Origin: an uncultured Lentisphaerales bacterium | GTDB taxonomy: Bacteria > Verrucomicrobiota > Lentisphaeria > JABSQK01 > UBA12247 | Length of the DNA: 64,000 bases | Direction of reading: 5' to 3' | Assembly: GCA_943788985.1 (NCBI GenBank) | Contig: CALSSJ010000007.1 | Coordinates: 1-64,000, forward strand | Part shown: one piece after another, positions 44,678-55,754 of the stretch | Position numbering within the stretch: position 1 is the stretch's first letter | Layout: each line of letters starts with the position of its first letter | Notes under the pieces: model-generated | What the model saw: the letters and a program-made list of their open reading frames with translations, nothing else | What the model was told of the DNA's origin: nothing | The model's database searches: none | Program-made: the position numbers and the translations under genes

Positions 44678-46336
44678 ATGGCTGGTAAGAAACCCTCCAA
44701 GCGCGAAAAGCGCCAACAAAAGAGCCGAGCAGTCCAGGCCAGAAACTCCTGGCGTATTCGCATCTCCACCTGGTTGGGTGGTAAGGAGCAGCGTCGGCTG
44801 ATGCTGAAGCCCGCTGCGCGCTGGAGTGTCCTGATCGTCGGCCTGCTGTTGATCGGCGTCTGGCAGAACTCGTTCGCACGCAGCCATGAAAAGCTTGACC
44901 GTAATTATGCGCTGCGCGCTTCGTCAGGAATTCATCAGCAGACCCGGCTGCTTTACTTTCTCTATTTTAAGGGCTTGTTTCCCGTAGCAACTGAGGTGCC
45001 TGATGAGGACCTCGAAAAATCTCTTGCTGGCGCTGACAGCGAGATCGCCGAGAATGGCGACAAGCTGCTGACTGAAGTTGGCCATAGCACGCGCTACGGC
45101 GAGCTGGGCAAGACCTACCTCTATCTTCCAAGCATCTGGCGCAACGGCTGGGACGAAGAGCCGAACATGCGTGTGGCCAGCGGCACCGCATTCGCCGTTG
45201 CCCTTATGGGGCTCTTTCTCGCATTCTGGCTAATTCGACGACCAGTCTTGGGCACCTTCCTCGTGATTTTTATCGGCTCTAATCCCTTTCAGCTTTTCGA
45301 GATCTACGGCCGGCAACACGTACCGACCTTCTGGTTTCCTGACGGTCATGATAACATTTTCTGCTGGGTCATTATTACCGCAACAGCCGTTCTTGCCTTG
45401 AACCTACCGCTATTTTCCAGTGGCCAGCGCAAGCTCTATCGCTGGTGCGCACCCGTCCTGACAGGCATCTTGGTTGCCACAATTGGCACCCTGCGCAGCG
45501 AGCCCGTTGCCCTCGTCGGCACCGCAGCCTTCTGCTATCTGTTCGTCGCCCACAAGCGCAGCTGGCCAGTCAGGATCGGGATGCTGGTTGTCCTGTTGGC
45601 CGCCTTCTCGCTCACCAGCCGTAGCTGGGGCTCATTCTTCAAGGGAAAAATCAAGGCAGCCGAGCAAGTGGTCGAGGAAGCTGGCGGCCATGTCTACCCC
45701 GGCCCACGCGACATCAACCACCTGTTCTGGCATCCAATCTGGGTGGGGCTGGCAGACTTCGATCTCGGCACAGATTGGAAGGATCACAAGTCTTCGGACT
45801 TTGCCCTACCCATCCTCAAGGAACAGTACGACATCGAGATTCCGAAGATCGTAGTGCAGAAAGGTACGACTTTTGAACGGGCCTATAAGCCGTGGGATGA
45901 AGCCGGAAAGTTCTACCGCCAAGCGCACGAACTCGATCACTTCGGCGATGTCCTGCGGGATGACCTGATCGAACGCATCAAGAAGGATCCGCTGTGGTAT
46001 CCGGGCATCCTGTTCAGGCGCAGCAAACGGGTTCTGTCTGAGTCCACGCCAATTCGGCTTGCCTGGGGCACCTCCGGGATTACGATCCCGTTCAGTGGCT
46101 GGCTGGTGCTACCATTTCTTGGACTCCTGGTCTGGTGCCGGTCCTGGGTCCCTCTCGCCACTATTTTGGTGTTAGCAGGCACCTCCGCTACTGCGGTCGC
46201 CGTATTCTCAGGCGGTAATACGGCATTCTATTCGACCTTTCACATTGCTGCGATGGCAGCAATCTGCTCCTGTGCCGTCGAAGCAATCCTGAAATACCTC
46301 CGCACCACCAAGCAGGAGCAGGCCGCCCGTGGCTAA
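44678..46336 (+). CDS. polytopic membrane protein (possible GT-C-like)
   Basis: Many TM segments with large periplasmic loops; first gene of a glycan cluster. Confidence 0.65.
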   Translation: MAGKKPSKREKRQQKSRAVQARNSWRIRISTWLGGKEQRRLMLKPAARWSVLIVGLLLIGVWQNSFARSHEKLDRNYALRASSGIHQQTRLLYFLYFKGLFPVATEVPDEDLEKSLAGADSEIAENGDKLLTEVGHSTRYGELGKTYLYLPSIWRNGWDEEPNMRVASGTAFAVALMGLFLAFWLIRRPVLGTFLVIFIGSNPFQLFEIYGRQHVPTFWFPDGHDNIFCWVIITATAVLALNLPLFSSGQRKLYRWCAPVLTGILVATIGTLRSEPVALVGTAAFCYLFVAHKRSWPVRIGMLVVLLAAFSLTSRSWGSFFKGKIKAAEQVVEEAGGHVYPGPRDINHLFWHPIWVGLADFDLGTDWKDHKSSDFALPILKEQYDIEIPKIVVQKGTTFERAYKPWDEAGKFYRQAHELDHFGDVLRDDLIERIKKDPLWYPGILFRRSKRVLSESTPIRLAWGTSGITIPFSGWLVLPFLGLLVWCRSWVPLATILVLAGTSATAVAVFSGGNTAFYSTFHIAAMAAICSCAVEAILKYLRTTKQEQAARG

Positions 46337-47300
46337 TAGGCTCGTCAGCATCGTCGCACCGGTCTACAACGAAGAGACCGTCATCGCAGAGTTGGTCCAG
46401 CGCAGCTGCGACACCATGAAGCCCTTGACAGGCTATGACTACGAGATCGTTCTCGTAGACGACGGCAGTCAGGACAACTCACTCGCAGTGATGAAAGAAC
46501 TAACTGCCCAATACGAGAAACTCAGAGTCGTCGAACTGCGCGGTAACTTCGGCCAAACGCCCGCGCTGCAGGCTGGCCTGGATGCAGCGCAGGGTGAAAT
46601 TGTCATCACCCTGGATGCCGATCTCCAGCACTTTCCGGAGGAGATTCCAAACTTCCTCGCAAAGCTAGATGAAGGCTACGACATGGTCTGCGGCTGGCGT
46701 CATAAACGTGCGGAGGGCGCAATTCGGCGTTGGCCGTCCGCTATTGCCAACAAGCTGCTCAAGCGCATCGCCCGCGTCGACATTCATGACTTCGGCACGA
46801 CCTTCCGCGCCTACGACGCACGCATCATCCCCGATCTCCGGCTCTATGGCGAGTTTCACCGCTTCATCCCCGTACTGGGCAAGATGGCAGGTGCTCGGAT
46901 CGCCGAGATCCCGATCAAGAATATCGAACGCCCAGCTGGCGTAAACAACTATGGGATTGGCCGCACCTTCGGGGTTTTCCTCGACCTGTTCATTCTCTAC
47001 TTCTTCGTCCGCTACATGGACCGACCGATGCGCGCCTTCGGCAAGCTCGCCGCATTCTGCTTTGCGATCGGCAGTGCCAACATCACCTATATGGTCATTG
47101 CCGCCGCAGTTAGAGACTTCCCGATGTTCAAAGAGCACCCTGGCTGGTTCATCTTCTCGGCGATGTTGCTGATGGCCGCCGGACAACTGATCCTGGCCGG
47201 CATCCTGGCAGAGATTCTCGTGCGCGTTCACTACGAACACGGGGACCGTCGTGTCTATAAAGTCCGCAATACATGGCAGGCGAATGACCAGTCGTCGTGA
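46329..47300 (+). CDS. GT2 polyprenol-phosphate glycosyltransferase (ArnC/GtrB-like)
   Basis: APVYNEE, VDDGSQD, NFGQTPAL, LDADLQH, HRFIP; two C-terminal TMs. Confidence 0.92.
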   Translation: MANRLVSIVAPVYNEETVIAELVQRSCDTMKPLTGYDYEIVLVDDGSQDNSLAVMKELTAQYEKLRVVELRGNFGQTPALQAGLDAAQGEIVITLDADLQHFPEEIPNFLAKLDEGYDMVCGWRHKRAEGAIRRWPSAIANKLLKRIARVDIHDFGTTFRAYDARIIPDLRLYGEFHRFIPVLGKMAGARIAEIPIKNIERPAGVNNYGIGRTFGVFLDLFILYFFVRYMDRPMRAFGKLAAFCFAIGSANITYMVIAAAVRDFPMFKEHPGWFIFSAMLLMAAGQLILAGILAEILVRVHYEHGDRRVYKVRNTWQANDQSS

Positions 47301-47318
47301 CCTTGCTGTCCGCGTACC

Positions 47319-49231
47319 ATGTGCGGCATAGTCGGCTTTTACTCGAAGACCGGCGCCCCTGCTCCCCATGAACCGTTGTGGGGCGGGCTGACCGACTCGC
47401 TTGCCCACCGTGGCCCCGACGACGGGGCATACTGGGGCGACGGGCCATTCTTTCTAGGCCATAGACGCCTGTCCATTATCGGGCTCGAAACCGGTGCCCA
47501 GCCCATGCCGTCCGCAGACGGTCGCTACGTTATCGCCTTCAATGGCGAGATCTACAATCATTGCGAACTCCGCAAAACCCTCCAGGCACACGGCTGCGAA
47601 TTCCGCACCGATGCCGATACCGAGGTACTGCTCCACGGCTACCAACGCTGGGGCACAGACCTGCCGAAGCACCTCACCGGCATGTTTGCCTTTGCCATTG
47701 CCGACCGCCTGGAGAACAGCCTCTTCCTAGCGCGCGATCGCTTTGGTGAGAAGCCCCTGCTGGTCTGGAACGGGCCAGAGTACGTGGCGTTCGCATCCGA
47801 AATGCGCCCGCTGGCAGCCTTAAGCGATCTCCCACACGCTGTCGACCGCGTCGCCCTTGGCGACTACCTCTGCCTCAACTACGTGCCTGGCGAGCGGACC
47901 ATGATGGCCGATATCAAGCGCCTGCCAGCCGCCACCTCGCGCCTGTATCGCGGTGGCCGCTGTGAAAGCGAAGTCTACTGGCAGCCCGAGCCCTGTGATT
48001 TGCCGACTTCGATGCCTGACGCGCTGGACGCTTTTCGCGAGCGTTTCGATCGTGCGGTCAAGCTCACGCTCGCCAGTGATGTTCCGGTAGGGATCTTTCT
48101 CTCCGGAGGCATCGACTCCAGCTTGGTTGCGGAGTCCGCAGCGCGCCAAGGCACGCTCACAAACGCCTACGTGCTCGACTTCGCAGAGCAGTCCCACTCG
48201 GAGAAAGGCGCCGCTGCGATGGTCGCGGAGCGGCTCGGCATTCCGCTGCAAAGCGTAGCGCTTGAGCCCACGGCAGACATTCAATCGCTCGTGGATCATG
48301 CCGATGATCCGCTCGCAGACTCCTCCGCGCTTCCTGTGCGGACCATCTCAGAGCTTGCCGTGCAAGGCAACAAAGTCGTCCTAGGCGGCGACGGGGCAGA
48401 TGAGCTTTTCGCCGGATATCTCACCTACCACGCCAGCGAACTTCACCGCCGCTATATCAGCCGCTTGCCAGGTCCAGTCCGGCGATCCATGGCTTGGGTC
48501 GCGCCGCGACTGCCGATCGGAGGCGGCAAGGTCTCGACCAGCTACAAGCTATGGCGCTTTCTCCGCGCCGCACCACTGCCGACCTCGCTCGCGCATCTTA
48601 CTTGGAATGGCACCTGGCTGCCCGACCAGGTCAGCGCCTTCATGCGCGACGCTCCCGAAGCTGCGCCGCTCAGCAGCCTGTATGAAGGCATCGGCCCTCG
48701 AGCCCCGACCTACACGCCCTCCAGCGCCGCGACCAGCGGGAGTACCTCTGCCATGATATCCTGGCCAAGGTCGACCGCATGACCATGTCAGCGGGACTGG
48801 AATGCAGAGCGCCATTCCTGAATCACGATCTGGCTAGCTGGGCCTGTAGCCTCCCCCAGTCGATGACCTACGCTGGCGGCACCCTGAAGCACTTGCTTCG
48901 CACAGCTGCCCACGACATCTATGGGCCTGAGATCAGCGAACGCCCCAAGCAGGGGTTCAGCATTCCCATCCACGAATGGCTGCGCGGCCCGATGCGAGAT
49001 CCACTCACTGAGCTGCTCTCCGAAGAGAGCGTCAATGCCACAGAAGTACTTGCACCCTCGCAGGTTCAGGATACACTGCGCATGCACTTGAGCGGCAGGC
49101 GCTCGTACGGATGGGAACTTTGGGGCCTAGCGGTGTTTGTCGCCTGGCATCGCTGCCGCATCCAGCACCGCCCTGAACTGCCAACCGCGACCTCGCGACG
49201 CCTAACCATCGCCCGAGAATTCACACCGTGA
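47319..49231 (+). pseudogene. asnB: AsnB-family glutamine amidotransferase, frameshifted near 48700
   Basis: MCGI, HRGPD, FNGEIYN, RDRFGEKP, LSGGIDS, GDGADE; YLCHDILAKVDRMTMSAGLECRAPFL and KQGFSIP lie in the shifted frame. Confidence 0.85.
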
Positions 49232-50034
49232 GCAAAGACCAGACAGCCAAAACCATTGACGACTTCGGCGTGCAATGGACCAACTTCCGGGACAACGATG
49301 GCTACTACGGCTCGATCGAGCTGTTCAAGGATGCCTTCCCTCTGGTTCCCGTTGAGGAAATCGAAGGCCAGCACGTGCTGGATATTGGCAGTGGAACCGG
49401 CCGAATCGTAAACATGCTGCTCGCAGCCGGAGCAGGGCACGTCACCGCCGTCGAACCGTCAGACGCCTACGATGTCATGCTGGAAAACACCGAGCATGCG
49501 CGGGAGAAGGTCACTGGCATCCGCTGTCCAGGCAATGAGATCGACCTGGACCAAGCCTGCGACCTTGTCTTCTCCTTCGGCGTCATCCACCACATCCCCG
49601 ACCCCAAGCCGGTACTCGAAGCCGCTTTTCGAGCCCTGAAGCCAGGCGGCAAGATCACGATTTGGGTCTACGGCTGGGAGGGGAATGTCCCCTATCTGGC
49701 AGTCGTACTGCCGATGCGGATGATCACCTCTCACCTGCCACATTGGGCACTACAGCTAGTGAGTAGACTGATGGACATCCCGCTGGTCATCTACGTCTGG
49801 CTTTGCCGCTTCCTGCCGCTCCCGCTGGCAAAATATATGCGCGAAGTCATCGCCAAGCTGACTCCCGAGAAGCGAGTCTGGAATATCTACGACCAGCTTA
49901 ATCCAGCCTATGCCAAGTATTATCGCCGACACGAAGCCATCTCTGTACTCGAAGAAGCTGGCTTCGTCGATGTAGACGCCTTTCATCGTCATGGCTACAG
50001 CTGGTCCGTAGTAGGCACCAAGCCGGAGGCATGA
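49228..50034 (+). CDS. class I SAM-dependent methyltransferase
   Basis: VLDIGSGTGR, GVIHHIPDP, LKPGG. Confidence 0.9.
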   Translation: MSKDQTAKTIDDFGVQWTNFRDNDGYYGSIELFKDAFPLVPVEEIEGQHVLDIGSGTGRIVNMLLAAGAGHVTAVEPSDAYDVMLENTEHAREKVTGIRCPGNEIDLDQACDLVFSFGVIHHIPDPKPVLEAAFRALKPGGKITIWVYGWEGNVPYLAVVLPMRMITSHLPHWALQLVSRLMDIPLVIYVWLCRFLPLPLAKYMREVIAKLTPEKRVWNIYDQLNPAYAKYYRRHEAISVLEEAGFVDVDAFHRHGYSWSVVGTKPEA

Positions 50035-50789
50035 TGGACCTCGAGCAGAAGCAGGCGCAGCACTACGACGCCATCAGCGAAGAATACAACGCCCACTACG
50101 GCGATCCCCAGAGCATTCGCTACCGCCATCGCTTCGTCTTTGGCCCCTTATTGCGCGGGCTAGAGCTCAATGGCGCGACCTTTCTCGACGCAATGTGCGG
50201 GCAGGGCGAAGTCTCAGAGTTTGTGCGCGCCCGGGGTGCCAAGCCCATGGGCCTGGATGTCTCCCCCGAGCAAGTAAAAAGCTACGAGCGCCACTGCCAA
50301 GGCAGCACCGGAATCTGCGCCTCCATCCTGGATACCGGACTGGATAGCGAGAGCGTAGACTACGTCAGCGTCATCGGTGGGCTTCATCATGTCCAACCCG
50401 ATGTCCCCGGGGCTCTCCGTGAAATCCATCGCATCCTCAAGCCTGGCGGCATGCTGCTCTTCTTCGAGCCTCACAAAGGATCATTCTTCGACCTGTTGCG
50501 CCGCGTCTGGTACGGGCAGGATGGATTATTCGAAGACAACGAAGAAGCGCTCGATATGAAGGCACTCCGTGCGGAGTTCGCAGACAGCTATCATGTCGAC
50601 TTCGAGTATTATAAGGGCAACATCGCCTATCTCTTCGTCTACAACTCCATGGTCTTCCGGCTTCCCGTGGGGGCCAAGAAATACTACGCCCCGCCCTTGC
50701 TGTTCCTAGAGCGACTGATCGCCCCCTTCCAGTTTTCCTGGAACTCCTGCTTTGTCATCGGCCGCTGGCAAAAACGCCCGACGCCCTGA
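50031..50789 (+). CDS. class I SAM-dependent methyltransferase
   Basis: LDAMCGQG, GGLHHV, ILKPGG. Confidence 0.9.
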   Translation: MMDLEQKQAQHYDAISEEYNAHYGDPQSIRYRHRFVFGPLLRGLELNGATFLDAMCGQGEVSEFVRARGAKPMGLDVSPEQVKSYERHCQGSTGICASILDTGLDSESVDYVSVIGGLHHVQPDVPGALREIHRILKPGGMLLFFEPHKGSFFDLLRRVWYGQDGLFEDNEEALDMKALRAEFADSYHVDFEYYKGNIAYLFVYNSMVFRLPVGAKKYYAPPLLFLERLIAPFQFSWNSCFVIGRWQKRPTP

Positions 50790-51092
50790 AGTGGGAAGGA
50801 ATTTGGATAGGATCTAATCGGACTGATCGGTTATCCACCGCACCTCCCCGCGCGCCATGCCTGACGTCCCCAGAATGGAGTATACGTATGCCCACACCTT
50901 ACGCTCCCACTTGTCACTCCCTCCGACAGTTTTTGGGGCGTCGATTGTCATGATGATCGACTCTACCCAAGCAAGACCAGCAGTCATGCAGCCCCTCATT
51001 GTCGTCTCGCCTGATCAGTGTCCATCGGTGTTCATCAGTGGTTGATCTTCCCCGCCAGACCCTTTTTGCGAATCCTTTTGTGGTCGACTTTT

Positions 51093-51198
51093 CCGGGAGC
51101 GCGGGCGACTTGCCCGCACTGTAGCAAACCTCTTTGGACGCACAAGGACGAGCCGCAGCTGTGCATTATGGGGCAGGCGGGACGCCTGCGCTCCCAGG
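51093..51198. repeat. inverted REP-like doublet
   Basis: CCGGGAGCGCGGGCGACTTGCCCGC (51093-51117) and GCAGGCGGGACGCCTGCGCTCCCAGG (51173-51198). Confidence 0.7.
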
Positions 51199-51309
51199 TT
51201 GAGCTCACGCTCGGACGCCTCTTACGACGAAATCGCATGAATTAATCGGGCTAAACTCGAACAGACTGCTAGATTTCGGTATTTTCCGCTAGCTAGACGA
51301 GATCAGACG

Positions 51310-52383
51310 ATGAATCAACACCCGACAAATGCTGCTGATGCCTTGGCCTTGATGAAGGAAAAGGTGGGCTCAGTGATTCCGGAGTTCGAACTCGAGGCTA
51401 AGGCCGAGTTGGTCGCGGAGATCGAACGACTCAAGATTGAGCGGAATGCGATTATTCTGGGCCATAATTACATGGAGCCTGCGCTGTTTCATACGGTGCC
51501 GGACTTTGTCGGCGATTCGCTGGAACTCAGCCGCATCGCCGCGGAAGCGGAGCAGGATGTGATCGTCTTTTGCGGCGTCCGCTTTATGGCGGAAACCGCC
51601 AATATCCTGAACCCAAATAAGACGACGCTCATTCCGGCTCGCAAGGCGGGCTGCTCGCTCGCGGAAAGCATCACCGCTCAGGATGTGCGGGACCTAAGGA
51701 AAAAGTACCCGGGTGTTCCCGTGGTGACGTACATCAATACCTACGCGGATGTGAAGGCCGAGTGCGATATCTGCTGCACCTCGGGCAATGCCAATGAGGT
51801 CGTAGAATCCCTGGGATCGGAGACGGTTATTTTTCTGCCAGACGAGTTTCTGGCCAAGAATGTGGCCCGGGAAACGGGGAAGCACATCATCGTACCAACG
51901 CGCGATCCCAAGGTGGATGCCGACGTGGACTACCAGATGATCGGCTGGCACGGGCGCTGTGAGGTGCACGAGAAGTTCACAGTTGCGGACATCGCAGCGG
52001 CACGAGAGAGCTACCCAGATGTGATAGTCCTGACGCACCCGGAATGCCCGCCAGATGTGGTCGAGGCTTCAGATTTTTCGGCCAGCACGACGGCTATGGT
52101 GCGCTTTGTCCAGGCCAGCCCAGCCAAGCACTTTCTGATTCTCACGGAATGCAGCATGGCGGACAATATCGCCGCTGAGAATCCGGAGAAGGAGATGCTT
52201 CGCATGTGCAGCATTCGCTGCCCGCACATGAATGAGATCACGCTCGAGGAAACGCGCGATGCGCTGCGTGATATGCGTTACATCGTCGAGGTCCCCGAGC
52301 CAATTCGCACACGCGCCCGTCGTTCCGTGGAGCGCATGCTTGAGATCATGCCCAAACGTCAGGTTCACGCGGTCACCGATTGA
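51310..52383 (+). CDS. nadA: quinolinate synthase
   Basis: ILGHNYM, GDSLELS, FCGVRFMAET, GCSLA, YINT, CEVHE, HPEC, CPHM. Confidence 0.96.
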   Translation: MNQHPTNAADALALMKEKVGSVIPEFELEAKAELVAEIERLKIERNAIILGHNYMEPALFHTVPDFVGDSLELSRIAAEAEQDVIVFCGVRFMAETANILNPNKTTLIPARKAGCSLAESITAQDVRDLRKKYPGVPVVTYINTYADVKAECDICCTSGNANEVVESLGSETVIFLPDEFLAKNVARETGKHIIVPTRDPKVDADVDYQMIGWHGRCEVHEKFTVADIAAARESYPDVIVLTHPECPPDVVEASDFSASTTAMVRFVQASPAKHFLILTECSMADNIAAENPEKEMLRMCSIRCPHMNEITLEETRDALRDMRYIVEVPEPIRTRARRSVERMLEIMPKRQVHAVTD

Positions 52384-53783
52384 CACCCACCCGGGACTGT
52401 TGCCTGGAGTATGCGCTGGCCAGGCTGGGAAGCCAGCGCGGTATGCAGATCACTGGCGCATGTTTGGGGCTGGTAATCGTTGGGCTCTACCACTGGTTTG
52501 ATGCCCGGGTTCCGTTTCTGCTGCTGTTCAGTATCCCGACGATATTGATCCTGCTGTCGGCGGTCCAGACCTTGAGTAAGGAAGAGGACATCACCGACGA
52601 ATTGCAGCTGATTCGCATTACAGGTGCCCGACCGGTACAGGCCCTGCTGGCCGTGCTGCCTAACAAAGTGCTTGGCCACTTCGCAACGGTCCTGGCTCTG
52701 CTGCCATTTCTGGGGCTGTCCGGCGACAACGTGCTGCGCAACTGGGCGCTGGTCATCCATCTGCTGCTGGCGACCTTCGCCGTCATATTACTGAGCTGGC
52801 TGCTCCGCCTGCTTAGAGTCTTCGTGCGGCTGATGGTGATCGCAATCTTTGGCGGCGCAACGGCTATGCTGGCGATCGCGGCGACCGTCTGGATCTACTC
52901 CTCCGATGCCTCGGCGAACGCCTGCTTGGTTTGCCTCCTCGGTCACGCAATTGTGATCGGCCTGTATTGGGCCGCAGTGAGCCTGTTACAAGAAGGAGCG
53001 TACGCCCGCGTGTACGAGACAAAGCTAACGAAGCATACGGGAAAGCGGGAGCAGCGGCGCTCACGACGCATCACTGGCTCTCCCGCGGAATGGTACGTCC
53101 GCTATCATTGCCTGTGCAGGCTGTCGAACTGGGGACGCTTCTTGATCTGTCTCGCCGGAACCGCAATTCTGTATAGATGCGGTAGGGCTGTTGCCGACGC
53201 CTCGGCACTGCCGGGCGCGATATTTGGTGTCTCCCTGGCAGCGACGGGCATTCTTGCGCTTGTGTGTGAGGCCTTGACGCGCTATAACCACCTGAGTCGT
53301 CAGCACCACGACCTCCGCGCGCTTCCGCTGCGCGCCACCCCCGAGGCACTCGCGTTGTTCCTGCGTGACCCAATTGTTGGGGCACTCAAGGCACTAGCTG
53401 TCCCTTGTGTATTCATTGTGACCGGCTCAATTCTCTGCAAAAGCATCATCCCGCCGCTGATCCTCTTAGTGTTTTTTCAGACCACGGCCGTCCAGTTCAC
53501 ACTGAACTGCTGCTACCCAACCTCCAAAGATCGCACGAGGGCCCGTACCTCCCAGCTTACGGACCCCGACACTACTAGAATCTTCCATTACATGTGGAGG
53601 AAGTTCTGGCACGCTCTTGGCTTTGTCATCCTTTTTATCCCCGGGGTCGGGGCAATCCTTGCTGCAATCTGGGCAGTGAGGCTTTGGCGCGAGGGGAAGG
53701 CAATTCATGATCAGCCCCGCGACTTCTTGCCGGAGCCTAAGGCTACGGATGGCAAGCTGCCAAAAGCGGCAGGCGGGCTATAG
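52380..53783 (+). CDS. polytopic membrane hypothetical protein
   Basis: 467-aa ORF with many hydrophobic segments; overlaps nadA stop. Confidence 0.6.
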   Translation: MTPTRDCCLEYALARLGSQRGMQITGACLGLVIVGLYHWFDARVPFLLLFSIPTILILLSAVQTLSKEEDITDELQLIRITGARPVQALLAVLPNKVLGHFATVLALLPFLGLSGDNVLRNWALVIHLLLATFAVILLSWLLRLLRVFVRLMVIAIFGGATAMLAIAATVWIYSSDASANACLVCLLGHAIVIGLYWAAVSLLQEGAYARVYETKLTKHTGKREQRRSRRITGSPAEWYVRYHCLCRLSNWGRFLICLAGTAILYRCGRAVADASALPGAIFGVSLAATGILALVCEALTRYNHLSRQHHDLRALPLRATPEALALFLRDPIVGALKALAVPCVFIVTGSILCKSIIPPLILLVFFQTTAVQFTLNCCYPTSKDRTRARTSQLTDPDTTRIFHYMWRKFWHALGFVILFIPGVGAILAAIWAVRLWREGKAIHDQPRDFLPEPKATDGKLPKAAGGL

Positions 53784-53791
53784 TCCGCGCC

Positions 53792-55153
53792 ATGAAAATC
53801 GCAGCTACCTTCTTTGTGCTTGCACTCGGCATTGCTGCCCCTCATCCGGCGGTGTTGCTGTTCTGCGGGGTGTTCCTGGTGTTGCTCACTGGCTTCCCGG
53901 TGGCTTTTGCCCTTGGTGGCGTCTCGGTGCTGTTTGCCTTCGCCTACGGAAAAACCGCAGCCCTAGGGTTCCTGCCGCTGCGCATCTGGGGCATTCTTGA
54001 GAACTACGTGCTGATCGCGGTCCCGCTGTTCATTTTTATGGGCATCATGCTGGAGAAGTCGGGTATTGCCGAGGAACTGCTGGAAACCTGCGCACAGTTG
54101 CTGGGGAGGATTCGGGGCGGGCTGGCAATAACGGTGGTGCTGGTGGGGGCGCTGCTGGCCGCGTCAACCGGGATCGTGGGTGCCACGGTGGTGACCATGG
54201 GCTTGTTGAGCCTGCCGACGATGTTACGTCGTGGCTACCATGTGCCGCTGTGTACGGGGACGATCTGTGCAAGCGGGACATTGGGCCAGATTATTCCGCC
54301 CAGTATCGTGCTGGTGCTGCTGGGCAGTCAGCTCCAAGAACCGATCGGCGACATGTTTCTGGCTGCTGTCATTCCCGGCCTGATGTTGGTGGGCATGTAC
54401 CTGCTGTGGATTGTGATCTTGGGGGTAGTGCGGCCCGAGTGGATGCCGCTGGTACCTGAGGAAGAGCGGGCGGAATTCGCAAAGAACGTCTCAGTTGCGA
54501 AGATCGCACGCGCGCTGATCCCGCCGGTGCTCTTGGTCCTGGGTGTTCTCGGTTCGATCTTTGCGGGAATCGCAACTCCTACCGAAGCATCGGCTGTGGG
54601 TGTGGTGGGCGCGGGGGTGCTGGCGGCGATTCGCGGCAAGCTGAGCCTGGAAACGCTGCGCGGGGTCAGCCGCGAGACGGCCTTGCTCACCAGCATGGTC
54701 TTTATGATTCTGATCGGGGCGACCGCATTCTCGCTGGTGTTTCGCAGCCTGAATGGGCACGTGCTGTTGCAGCACACCGTGGAGAACGCCCAGCTCGGCC
54801 CGCTTCAGTTCCTACTGCTGGCGATGCTGGTGATGTTTATCGCTGGCTTCTTCATCGATTTCATCGAGATCATCTTCATCTTTGTGCCAGTGTTGATGCC
54901 AATCTGCCAGGCCTTTGGCCTTGACATGATCTGGGTGGGCATCTTGATCTCGCTGAATCTGCAGACGTCGTTTCTGACGCCACCGTTTGGGTTCGCCCTA
55001 TTTTATCTAAAAGGCGTCGCACCGCCGGAAGTATCGACGCATCAGATCTACCGTGGGATCATTCCGTTCATTATTATTCAGGCGTTGGTGGTCGCGGCGG
55101 TGTTTATCTGGCCGGAGATAGCGCTCTGGCTCCCAGGCCTGAATGGAGAATGA
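53792..55153 (+). CDS. TRAP transporter large permease (DctM)
   Basis: GFPVAFALG, AVPLFIFMG, GTLGQIIPPS, QTSFLTPPFGFALFYLKG. Confidence 0.93.
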   Translation: MKIAATFFVLALGIAAPHPAVLLFCGVFLVLLTGFPVAFALGGVSVLFAFAYGKTAALGFLPLRIWGILENYVLIAVPLFIFMGIMLEKSGIAEELLETCAQLLGRIRGGLAITVVLVGALLAASTGIVGATVVTMGLLSLPTMLRRGYHVPLCTGTICASGTLGQIIPPSIVLVLLGSQLQEPIGDMFLAAVIPGLMLVGMYLLWIVILGVVRPEWMPLVPEEERAEFAKNVSVAKIARALIPPVLLVLGVLGSIFAGIATPTEASAVGVVGAGVLAAIRGKLSLETLRGVSRETALLTSMVFMILIGATAFSLVFRSLNGHVLLQHTVENAQLGPLQFLLLAMLVMFIAGFFIDFIEIIFIFVPVLMPICQAFGLDMIWVGILISLNLQTSFLTPPFGFALFYLKGVAPPEVSTHQIYRGIIPFIIIQALVVAAVFIWPEIALWLPGLNGE

Positions 55154-55274
55154 ACTTCCACTGTCCAACAGCCAGAGGCCGGCCAAGCCAACGAATGTCC
55201 AATTTTCAAACAAAGATGGGACCGGCCAGGGGGCACTTGGAGGAGGAGATTTCACCCTTCAAACTTCAATTTTC

Positions 55275-55754
55275 CTAGAGAAAATTGATGGTCAGCGGGT
55301 AGCGCCAGAGGACGCCTTCCTTGGCTTTGATGGCCCCGATAATCGGGTAGACCACGGTGAGGATACCAAGGATGATCAGCGGGATGAAGCCGATGACAAT
55401 CAGGCAGAGTAGCCCGGAGACCACGGAATAGAGAAAAAGCGAAATGATCCAGTTTACAATCATTTTCCCATGCTCATCCACTGCGCTTGAGGTGTCCTTC
55501 TTCGCGACCCACATCGCGATGGGGACGATCAGCCCGCCGAGTGGGATCAAGTAGCCAAGCAGCTGTGTCAGGTGCATGCACAGCAGATATGTGTCTTCGT
55601 CTTTCATTAAATCACCCACTCCAGTTCCAAGATCCTTGATCACATCGCGGTCTTCTTTCAACAGCGCGGCCTTCGCCGTCTCGAACTCCTCGTCAGTCAA
55701 CGCGCCAGCGGCGTGCAACTCCTGCAGTTTTTCCAGTTCATCGCTCAGGCTCAT
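55275..55754 (-). CDS. SHOCT plus DUF4870-like membrane protein
   Basis: ELEKLQELHAAGALTDEEFETAKAALL; HLTQL..DEHGK..NW..YPL. Confidence 0.85.
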   Translation of the reverse strand: MSLSDELEKLQELHAAGALTDEEFETAKAALLKEDRDVIKDLGTGVGDLMKDEDTYLLCMHLTQLLGYLIPLGGLIVPIAMWVAKKDTSSAVDEHGKMIVNWIISLFLYSVVSGLLCLIVIGFIPLIILGILTVVYPIIGAIKAKEGVLWRYPLTINFL

